Assembly: GCA_023390555.1 (NCBI GenBank)
Contig: JAEWCQ010000033.1
Span: 192,829-216,828 of the forward strand
From: Bacillota bacterium
GTDB lineage: Bacteria; Bacillota; Clostridia; Lachnospirales; Lachnospiraceae
DNA length: 24,000 nt
Direction: 5' to 3'
A program made the translations under genes and the position numbers. Below, piece by piece: positions 14,563 to 21,252 of this stretch. The notes below the pieces were generated by a model, which worked only from the letters and a program-made list of their open reading frames with translations, was not told the origin of the DNA and ran no database searches. Numbering within the stretch: the stretch's first letter is position 1; every line of letters starts with the position of its first letter.

Positions 14563-15609
14563 ATGAGTAAAAAGATAATTGAAATAAGACATCATCTGAG
14601 TGATGGCTGCTGTATGTGGAATGGAATAGAAGATCTCTATGTCACAAAAAGCGGGGAGGATGTGCCGGAGGCATTTTTCTTTGCGCTTAGCAGCTACGGT
14701 GAGAATGTTTATCTGAAGTCCCGGAATCCGGCTCGGCCGGTCATGCTCAGTGTCTGTGATGGCAGGACGAAAAGGACTTACGAGAAGATAAAAGATGAAC
14801 TCGGTCTTCAATATAAGATTTCAGGAGGAAGGACACTGGAATACGCTTTCCGGTCAGTGAAACGTGAAATTGATAAGGGGTGCCCGGTTATATTAGGTCC
14901 GCTTGATATGTATCATTTGCCATATTTGAAGATGTATCATAAGTGTCATATTCCGATGCATTATGTTTTAATGGTCGGATATGATGAGGAACGTATCTAT
15001 CTGTATGATTGCGGAAGAGCAGATATCCAGACATTATTGTATGAAGAACTGCAAAAAGCATGGCAGATAGAAAAGAATATTGTGGGAGATCAGAATGGAT
15101 TTATTCGTTTTTCGTTACCCGATCAGCTGCCGGATGCATTTGAACTTGCAAAAGCCTGCCTTCAGCGGAAGGCACAAGAGCAATTGCGGGAAAAACCGGG
15201 ATTTGTCGGAGTGAGCGCAATCCGTAAAATAGCACTCGATTTTCCCGGTTGGAAAGAAAACATGCCGGAAGATGTCTGGAAAAATGCTTTGATTGGACTG
15301 GTAGAGTTCTGGGGGATGGTTCCGAAGGTTCCCAATCGATTACTTGGGATACAAAGCGATGAAGATATCTGCTATCAGGGGAATTGTGATCGGCTTGGAA
15401 ATGTGCTCATTTGGTTAGGAAATCAATATAAAAGTAAAAATTGGGCTGATGCAGGATGTTTGTTCGTACAGGCAGGAGAAGTGTTTGAAAAAATTACATC
15501 ACATATTGTCGGCTGTTTATGTGATGGAGAGGAAACCTTGGAGTTGATTCCAGCGTTGTTTTTTGAGATTGCAGATTTAGAAGAACGTGCGTACAGACGG
15601 TTGCTATGA
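14563..15609 (+). CDS. BtrH-N-like (papain/C39-like fold) plus DUF4872-like protein, function unknown
   Basis: ATG at 14563 after AAAGGA. Candidate Cys (HHLSDGCCMWNGIEDLY) and His (PMHYVLMVGYDEERIYLYD) are arranged as in C39/BtrH_N-type domains. The family call is from memory. The ORF-track N-terminal extension (14416..) overlaps the MerR gene and is rejected. Confidence 0.5.
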   Translation: MSKKIIEIRHHLSDGCCMWNGIEDLYVTKSGEDVPEAFFFALSSYGENVYLKSRNPARPVMLSVCDGRTKRTYEKIKDELGLQYKISGGRTLEYAFRSVKREIDKGCPVILGPLDMYHLPYLKMYHKCHIPMHYVLMVGYDEERIYLYDCGRADIQTLLYEELQKAWQIEKNIVGDQNGFIRFSLPDQLPDAFELAKACLQRKAQEQLREKPGFVGVSAIRKIALDFPGWKENMPEDVWKNALIGLVEFWGMVPKVPNRLLGIQSDEDICYQGNCDRLGNVLIWLGNQYKSKNWADAGCLFVQAGEVFEKITSHIVGCLCDGEETLELIPALFFEIADLEERAYRRLL

Positions 15610-15691
15610 TGCATGCAGCGGTAAGAATCGGTTTTCAGTTCGAAAAGAATCATAACGAAATGGATCAAAATGAATTGTAAGGAATTGATAC

Positions 15692-15738
15692 TGAAATAAA
15701 AGAACCCGCAATTCCTTAAAAAGGATTGCGGGTTTCAC
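15692..15738 (-). terminator. intrinsic terminator (mainly for the minus-strand small-protein operon; may also stop the plus-strand gene)
   Basis: Stem AACCCGCAAT(T)CCTT / AAGGATTGCGGGTT at 15703-15735. On the minus strand it is followed by CTTTTATTTC. Confidence 0.75.
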
Positions 15739-15778
15739 CTCCAGTTTGCTTAAAATTCTTAAAAATCTGTGTTGAATA

Positions 15779-16018
15779 TTACTTCCAGCCGGAAAGCCAG
15801 CTTTTATCATTTGCAATAGCATTTACAATTTCCTGTCCGGATTTGAAATTATCAAAGGTTCCTTTGCCAATTTCGCTGATGGCTTCCCCTAACAGGTGTT
15901 CATAATAAGCTTCCGGTGTCAGCTCCGTGGTGGTCTGGCTGAAATGCTGCTGAGATTCAGAAGAGGCTAACCGTGCATATTCGTTTTTTACTTCTGTTAT
16001 GAGTTTATCACGATTCAT
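15779..16018 (-). CDS. small hypothetical protein (79 aa)
   Basis: ORF with AAAGGAG RBS. The acidic, helical-looking sequence MNRDKLITEVKNEYARLASSE... matches no family I recognise. A terminator lies downstream. Confidence 0.6.
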   Translation of the reverse strand: MNRDKLITEVKNEYARLASSESQQHFSQTTTELTPEAYYEHLLGEAISEIGKGTFDNFKSGQEIVNAIANDKSWLSGWK

Positions 16019-16047
16019 ATAAGTTGCTCCTTTGCATAAAAAAATTA

Positions 16048-16197
16048 TTATTTATCATTACCGGGTTTATGACGGCTGCCGGACTGTTTCTTGGTATTTC
16101 TGCTTTCCCCGTCCCATGCACTTTCAGCCATGGTAGGACCGCCATTTGATTTTTGCTTGCGAACCGATTTTGGATCGATTTGAGAATCTTTTGCCAT
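16048..16197 (-). CDS. small highly hydrophilic protein (49 aa), minor-SASP-like composition
   Basis: Hand translation gives MAKDSQIDPKSVRKQKSNGGPTMAESAWDGESRNTKKQSGSRHKPGNDK. Strong AAGGAG RBS (plus-strand CTCCTT at 16205-16210). Lies 29 nt upstream of the 79-aa gene. Below the ORF-track cutoff. Confidence 0.45.
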   Translation of the reverse strand: MAKDSQIDPKSVRKQKSNGGPTMAESAWDGESRNTKKQSGSRHKPGNDK

Positions 16198-16226
16198 AAT
16201 TACACTCCTTCATATATTCATAGAGT

Positions 16227-16256
16227 TATTATTTACAGGTAAAAAGATATTATGCA
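16227..16256 (-). promoter_or_regulatory. candidate forespore-type (sigma-F/G-like) promoter
   Basis: Minus strand TGCATA (16256-16251), 14 nt spacer, GTAAATAATA (16236-16227). This resembles the sigma-F pattern GCATA-N14/15-GGnnAnAnTA. It is a pattern match only. Confidence 0.25.
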
Positions 16257-16389
16257 GAAGTGTCCTGTAATCTACAGGCAGAAAGCGGACACACTTACTG
16301 TAAATAATCATGTGGTGCTGTCATAATTTTCAATATGTTATAATAAAACTGAAGAAGAATATTAGGAATCGTAGTTACCGGAGGCGGAA

Positions 16390-17007
16390 ATGGGAGGTGC
16401 AACAATGGGGAATACGGATCAATTTGATCGGATAGCGAATATATATGATACATCGGAACGAATCCAGATTGCTAACGTGTCATCGAATGCCATTCGTGAA
16501 TACCTGAATGATACGAAATCGAAAGATGCGATGGATTTTGGGTGTGGAACGGGTCTTGTCGGAATGAACTTGTTAAACGATTTTCATTCTGTTCTCTTTC
16601 TGGATTCATCCCAAAACATGATCGATCAGATCAAGCGGAAAATTGCGGGGCTTTCGATCCAGAATGCAGCTACAATGTGCTTTGATTTTGAAAAAGACAG
16701 TCTTTCGGATTTCCATGTGGACTATATTTTTATGTCACAGGTTTTGCTGCATATTAAGGACGTTGGAGCTGTTTTAACAAAATTGTATGAAGTTCTGAGA
16801 GAAAAGGGTCATTTGTTAATCATAGATTTTGATAAAAATGAAACGATAGTTTCGGATATGGTTCATCCTGGATTTGATCAGACTGCATTAACCGAGGTTC
16901 TATCAGAAATAGGATATCGAAATATCCAATCGAAAACCTTTTATACGGGAAGCAATCTATTTATGGGAAACGATGCATCTTTATTTATTCTCGATTCCCG
17001 GAAATAG
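16390..17007 (+). CDS. class I SAM-dependent methyltransferase
   Basis: Motif I AMDFGCGTGLVG and post-I LFLDSSQNM. About 200 aa. The start could be 16390 or 16405. Confidence 0.8.
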   Translation: MGGATMGNTDQFDRIANIYDTSERIQIANVSSNAIREYLNDTKSKDAMDFGCGTGLVGMNLLNDFHSVLFLDSSQNMIDQIKRKIAGLSIQNAATMCFDFEKDSLSDFHVDYIFMSQVLLHIKDVGAVLTKLYEVLREKGHLLIIDFDKNETIVSDMVHPGFDQTALTEVLSEIGYRNIQSKTFYTGSNLFMGNDASLFILDSRK

Positions 17008-17055
17008 GAATAGAAGATGAAAAAATGATCCGTCATTCTATCCAATAAACGGGAA

Positions 17056-17084
17056 TTGACGAATTGTGTAAATTAAGATATAAT
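17056..17084 (+). promoter_or_regulatory. sigma-A promoter driving the guanidine riboswitch and sugE
   Basis: TTGACG (17056-17061), 17 nt spacer, TATAAT (17079-17084). Confidence 0.7.
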
Positions 17085-17133
17085 TATGCCAGGTCTGAAA
17101 AAATATGATCTGAAGTAAAGTTCATAATTAAGT

Positions 17134-17250
17134 TTTCTAGGGTTCCGCAGCCTGGCTGGTCAGTGACCGAGAGAAAACTCGCAGTTTTATAACTGTGCCA
17201 CGGAAGGACAAAAGCCTGGGAGATATCAAGATGATATCTTTCAGGCTTAA
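17134..17250 (+). promoter_or_regulatory. guanidine-I (ykkC) riboswitch with terminator expression platform
   Basis: Conserved ykkC blocks CTAGGGTTCCG, GGTC...CGAGAG and ACGGAAGGACAAAAGCCTGGGAGA. The 3' GGGAGATATC pairs with GATATCTTTC (17233-17242) as a terminator-like hairpin. Located directly upstream of a SugE/Gdx gene. Confidence 0.85.
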
Positions 17251-17273
17251 TTTTATAGTTTGGAGGTGAAAAC

Positions 17274-17591
17274 ATGGCTTGGATATATTTGACGATAGCA
17301 GGATTATTTGAAGTTGTCTGGGCGGTCGGGCTTAAATATTCCAATGGGTTTACGAAATTAGTCCCATCCCTGATAACGATCGGAGGTATGGTGGTCAGCT
17401 TTTACTTATTGTCACTGGCAACGAAGGAACTGCCGATGGGGACAGCTTATGCGGTCTGGACAGGGATTGGTGCTGTCGGCACGGTTCTGCTTGGCATTTT
17501 TCTATTCAAGGAACCGGTTAATATTTTGCGGATTCTATTTCTCTGCTTCATTGTGACTGGAATTTTAGGATTAAAGTTTACTTCTGCCTGA
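17274..17591 (+). CDS. sugE: SMR family guanidinium exporter (SugE/Gdx subtype)
   Basis: 105 aa with 4 TM segments. [29 protein letters not shown] and [12 protein letters not shown] match the SugE subtype. GGAGGTG RBS. A guanidine-I riboswitch lies upstream. Confidence 0.9.
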   Translation: MAWIYLTIAGLFEVVWAVGLKYSNGFTKLVPSLITIGGMVVSFYLLSLATKELPMGTAYAVWTGIGAVGTVLLGIFLFKEPVNILRILFLCFIVTGILGLKFTSA

Positions 17592-17636
17592 TTACGCGGC
17601 AGTTGGATTTGTAAAGAGAAAGAAAGGAAATATGTG

Positions 17637-18125
17637 ATGTTCAGAGAAATGAGAAGAAACAAACAATTATTGTCGCAGGAAGATACATTAGCGGTAATGG
17701 ACAGAGGTACAAATGGCATCCTGGCATGTTTCGGGGATGATGACTATCCATATGCGGTTCCGTTAAGCTATGTATATTTAAACGGCAAAATCTATTTTCA
17801 TTCTGCGAAGGCCGGACATAAAATTGACGCCATTCACAGAGATTCGAAGGTATCTTTTACGGTGGTCGATGAGGATACGATTGTCAGCAAAGAATATACA
17901 AGTTATTTCCGGAGTGTGATTGCCTTTGGGAAAGCCCGGATTGTGGAAGGGGAAGAAAGGCTGGAGGGATTTATGGCTTTGGTAAATAAATATTCCGGAG
18001 ATCAGCCGAAAGAAGCCCGAAGCAAAGAAATCGCCGAATGCATGCAGGCTTACATTGTTGCAATCGATGTGGAACACATCACCGGTAAAGAAGCCATTGA
18101 ATTTGTAAAGCGAAGACAACAATAA
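17637..18125 (+). CDS. pyridoxamine 5'-phosphate oxidase family protein (Nim/5-nitroimidazole reductase-like)
   Basis: MFREMRRNKQLLSQEDTLAVMDRGTNGILACFGDDDYPYAVPLSYVYLNGKIYFHSAKAGHK is typical of the NimA-like split-barrel family. About 160 aa. Confidence 0.8.
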   Translation: MFREMRRNKQLLSQEDTLAVMDRGTNGILACFGDDDYPYAVPLSYVYLNGKIYFHSAKAGHKIDAIHRDSKVSFTVVDEDTIVSKEYTSYFRSVIAFGKARIVEGEERLEGFMALVNKYSGDQPKEARSKEIAECMQAYIVAIDVEHITGKEAIEFVKRRQQ

Positions 18126-18153
18126 TTTAACGAAACACGGAGGTAAAGAATAT

Positions 18154-18621
18154 ATGACGATTCTGCCGGCTCAGAGGGAGGATTTACAGGAAATACTGGA
18201 TCTGCAATACCTTGCATATCAAAGTGAGGCAAAACTTTGCAATAATCCGAATATTCCACCGCTCACACAAACACTGCGGGATATAGAACAGGAGTTTCAA
18301 ACAGGAATTGTTCTGAAATGTATGGATCACAATCACGTGATTGTGGCGTCTATACGTGGATATGCAGGGAACGGTTCTTTCTATATCGGAAAGCTGATAG
18401 TCAGACCGGATTTACAGGGTCAGGGTATCGGCACAAAGCTGCTGGAGGAGATAGAAAGGAATTATCCGTATAAAAGATATGAACTGTTTACGAGTTCAAA
18501 CAGTTTACGGAATATAAAGCTATATGAACGATTGGGATATGTGGTTTTTAAAGAACAGGAAGCAGCGCAAAATTTAAAGCTGATTTATTTGGAAAAACAA
18601 AACGGAAAAGTGGAGCATTGA
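18154..18621 (+). CDS. GNAT family N-acetyltransferase
   Basis: Acetyl-CoA motif VRPDLQGQGIGTKLLEEIE. 155 aa. GGAGG RBS. Confidence 0.8.
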   Translation: MTILPAQREDLQEILDLQYLAYQSEAKLCNNPNIPPLTQTLRDIEQEFQTGIVLKCMDHNHVIVASIRGYAGNGSFYIGKLIVRPDLQGQGIGTKLLEEIERNYPYKRYELFTSSNSLRNIKLYERLGYVVFKEQEAAQNLKLIYLEKQNGKVEH

Positions 18622-18782
18622 AGTGGAAAAATATAGAAAATAAATAGAATAAACGGCTTTGCTATGTTAGAATAAATTCAGTATATGTTACAGCAGATAA
18701 TTAGATAAGCTCTTTTTATTGTGCAGAAAAAGAGAGGAAAAACTATCTGAAATAGATTATTTTATTGTTAGGAGCTTAAGAT

Positions 18783-19637
18783 ATGGAATGGATCGAAAGA
18801 TTAAATAATGCTGTGCATTATATCGAAGAGAATCTGAGAGGAACGATAGACTTGGAAGAAGTCTCAAAAATAGCATGCTGCTCAACTTATCATTTCCAAA
18901 GAATGTTTTCTTATATGGCGAATATACCGTTATCGGAGTACATACGTCGTAGAAAAATGTCGCTGGCAGCTGTTGATTTACTGAGCGGGAATGAAAAAGT
19001 AATGGATGTTTCTCTGAACTATGGATATGATTCACCAACAGCGTTTAATCGGGCTTTTAAAAGTGTACATGGTTTCGCACCTTCACAGGTAAAAGAAAAT
19101 GGTGCGGTCGTAAAAGCATTTCCTCCTATCAGCTTCAAGATCACAATAAAAGGAGATTATGAAATGAATTACAGAATCGAAAAGAAAGAAGCATTTCGAA
19201 TTGTTGGTATTTCAGAAGCACTGGAAACAGAGATAGAAAAAAATTTTGAAGTTGTACCGAATATGTGGGGTACGGCGGCAATGAACGGGACCATAGCAAG
19301 GCTTTCCGGCATGATGGATGGAATGCCTGCGGGACTGCTCGGAGTAAGCTCCTGCAATGATGCAGAGCAGTGGAGATACTACATTGCAGTTGCAAGCAGT
19401 CAGCCAATCGAGGATGATCTGGAAGAATATACGGTTCCAGGCTCTCTGTGGGCCATATTTTCAGGAGAAGGAAAAAGTCAGTCCATACAGGAATTAGAAA
19501 GAAGAATCGTAGCGGAGTGGCTTCCGACTTCGGGGTATGAATATGGAAATGCACCGGATATCGAAGTATATTTAAATGCAGATCCGGAGAATGCCCGTTA
19601 TGAAGTATGGATTCCTGTCCGGAAAAAGGGGAACTAA
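18783..19637 (+). CDS. AraC family transcriptional regulator with C-terminal GyrI-like effector-binding domain
   Basis: N-terminal AraC HTH pair (LEEVSKIACCSTYHFQRMFS...YGYDSPTAFNRAFKSVHGFAPSQ) followed by a ~160-aa GyrI-like domain (FRIVGISEAL...EVWIPV). Confidence 0.85.
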   Translation: MEWIERLNNAVHYIEENLRGTIDLEEVSKIACCSTYHFQRMFSYMANIPLSEYIRRRKMSLAAVDLLSGNEKVMDVSLNYGYDSPTAFNRAFKSVHGFAPSQVKENGAVVKAFPPISFKITIKGDYEMNYRIEKKEAFRIVGISEALETEIEKNFEVVPNMWGTAAMNGTIARLSGMMDGMPAGLLGVSSCNDAEQWRYYIAVASSQPIEDDLEEYTVPGSLWAIFSGEGKSQSIQELERRIVAEWLPTSGYEYGNAPDIEVYLNADPENARYEVWIPVRKKGN

Positions 19638-19639
19638 GT

Positions 19640-20092
19640 ATGGTACATTTGGTATATTGTGATGATCGGGAAAAGGTCTTGGAAAAAATATTGAATGGTA
19701 CGAAAACTATGGTCATACGGGCGGCAGCCGGCAGGAAAATTCCCCACAGCAGAGTATTCGCCGGTGAGAAGCTGTATTTCATGAAAAAAGGAACGGCAAA
19801 AATAGCAGCTTCCGCGACAGTGAAATCTGTGCAGAACTTCGTAAAATTGTCGGAGAATGAGATAGTTAAGACATTGGCAGACAACCAGGATAAATTGAAC
19901 TTGTCAGAAAAACAACAGGAACGCTGGCATAAAAAATGTATGTGTCTGGTAGAATTCGAGAATATAAGCGAGATTCGGCCCCTTGACTTTGATCATCAGG
20001 GGAATATGGACGATTGGCTTATTGTAGAAAAAATAGAAGATGTTGTTGTCGGTACAAGCATTCCATATAACTATGACAAATCCAGATTTTAA
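19640..20092 (+). CDS. ASCH/PUA-like domain protein
   Basis: ATG at 19640, 2 nt after the AraC stop. ILNGTKTMVIR resembles the ASCH GxKTxExR motif. About 150 aa. Family call from memory. Confidence 0.5.
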   Translation: MVHLVYCDDREKVLEKILNGTKTMVIRAAAGRKIPHSRVFAGEKLYFMKKGTAKIAASATVKSVQNFVKLSENEIVKTLADNQDKLNLSEKQQERWHKKCMCLVEFENISEIRPLDFDHQGNMDDWLIVEKIEDVVVGTSIPYNYDKSRF

Positions 20093-20203
20093 GCGGCATT
20101 TTTATGGCAGGGAACGAGGCCGCGAAGCTGAGTCCGAAAAGTGTAATATTTAGAAGCGGAATGCAATAAAAAATAATACGGTATAGATGCGGGAGGAATT
20201 CGT

Positions 20204-20917
20204 ATGTCGGAAGCACTGGGAGGATTGTTTGGCTGGCTTTTGGTTTTGGCATTTGCCGGTACGGTATTGAATTATTGTTTAAAGTTTGTGAACAGGAGCC
20301 TTGGTAAGAAGATATCGGCTCATCCAGCCGGTAAGCAGGTCATGAAGGTGCTTATGACGATATTTGTGCGTAATCATAAATACTTTGGCTTTGCCACGGC
20401 TGCCTTTCTTCTGATTCATTTTATCGCTCAATTCTCCAGGTTTGGAATCAATGTAACGGGATGTATCGCAGCTGTCATTTTGATTGTTCAGGTTGGATTG
20501 GGAATCTATGCAACTGTGAAAAAGAAGCCGAGAAAAGGTGCATGGTACTGGGCGCATCGTATGATTGCGGTTTGCCTGATCCTGTTCATAGCACTGCATC
20601 TTATGATTCCGAATGCACTGAATACGGCACTCGCCAGAGAAAGTACCTACAGTTCCTCTGATTCTGTAGATGAATCGGAATTGCCGACATTTACGCTGGA
20701 GGAGTTGTCAAAATACAATGGGGAAAATGGAAATAAGGCTTATGTTGCTTACAAAGGACTGGTCTATGATGTTACGGATAGTCCGCAATGGAGCAATGGT
20801 AAGCATCAGGGGCATACGGCAGGAACCGATCTGACGAAGGAAATCAGCGGAGCGCCGCACGGAGATTCCGTTTTTAAGAATCTGAAAGTAGTCGGAAAAC
20901 TCGAGAGCACGACGTAA
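20204..20917 (+). CDS. membrane protein: 4-TM domain with paired His residues fused to a cytochrome b5-like heme/steroid-binding domain
   Basis: Four hydrophobic helices. His58/His72 and His118/His132 each lie 14 residues apart on predicted TM2 and TM4. The C-terminal FTLEELSKYNGENGNKAYVAYKGLVYDVT...HQGHTAGTDLT matches the cyt b5-like/MAPR-type domain. Confidence 0.75.
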   Translation: MSEALGGLFGWLLVLAFAGTVLNYCLKFVNRSLGKKISAHPAGKQVMKVLMTIFVRNHKYFGFATAAFLLIHFIAQFSRFGINVTGCIAAVILIVQVGLGIYATVKKKPRKGAWYWAHRMIAVCLILFIALHLMIPNALNTALARESTYSSSDSVDESELPTFTLEELSKYNGENGNKAYVAYKGLVYDVTDSPQWSNGKHQGHTAGTDLTKEISGAPHGDSVFKNLKVVGKLESTT

Positions 20918-20956
20918 GATATTTTTCCTTCAGGAAGCCAACAATCGCACACTCTT

Positions 20957-20986
20957 TTGCAATATCGGCATATGATGGTATTGCAA
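20957..20986. promoter_or_regulatory. 30-bp inverted repeat TTGCAATA-N14-TATTGCAA with central CATATG (candidate operator or weak hairpin)
   Basis: Perfect 8-bp arms at 20957-20964 and 20979-20986. Located 40 nt after the cyt b5-fusion stop, in the long ATPase upstream region. Confidence 0.3.
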
Positions 20987-21125
20987 AACAATCTCTTTGC
21001 ACTGCATTACATTTCGATATTGAAATGCGCGATCAACAGTACAAACTGAGCAGGCGATGAACCCTGGTTAAAGTCAGGGTCATGGGGCCGGGCCACTGAG
21101 CATGGCAGCAGATTGTAATTACTTA

Positions 21126-21168
21126 CACATCTGTGGGACAGTAGTATGTTCCATAGGTGTGTTTTTTT
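21126..21168 (+). terminator. intrinsic terminator / attenuator in the ATPase leader
   Basis: 11-bp stem CACATCTGTGG (21126-21136) / CCATAGGTGTG (21151-21161) with two G.U pairs and a 14-nt loop, followed by T7 (21162-21168). Lies 85 nt upstream of the ATPase ATG. Confidence 0.65.
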
Positions 21169-21252
21169 ATACCCATAGGAACATAGAAAGTTGCGTGGAG
21201 TGCCATAGAGCTATCAGTCAATTGCCGGAGAAGCGAAATGGAGGTAACTTTT

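Noticed and set aside
17084-17344. 86-aa minus-strand ORF
   Set aside because: It lies antisense to the guanidine-I riboswitch and the sugE start, has no RBS, and is explained by the RNA element.
18700-18730. Hairpin CTCTTTTT/AAAAAGAG after the second GNAT gene as a terminator
   Set aside because: The stem is A/T-only and 8 bp long, with no following U-tract on either strand. It is too weak to call.
19141-19884. 247-aa minus-strand ORF
   Set aside because: It is antisense to two well-supported plus-strand genes (AraC/GyrI and ASCH-like). Its sequence is low-complexity and Leu/Phe/Ser-rich, with no motifs.
20990-21252. ATPase leader as an M-box, yybP-ykoY (Mn2+/Ca2+) or fluoride riboswitch
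   Set aside because: The hallmark blocks are absent: GGGGAGUAG and UUGACAUA...AGACC for yybP-ykoY, the multi-helix M-box core, and a closing CGCC for the GGCGAUG fluoride P1. There are only superficial similarities (GGGACAGTAG, AGGCGATGA).
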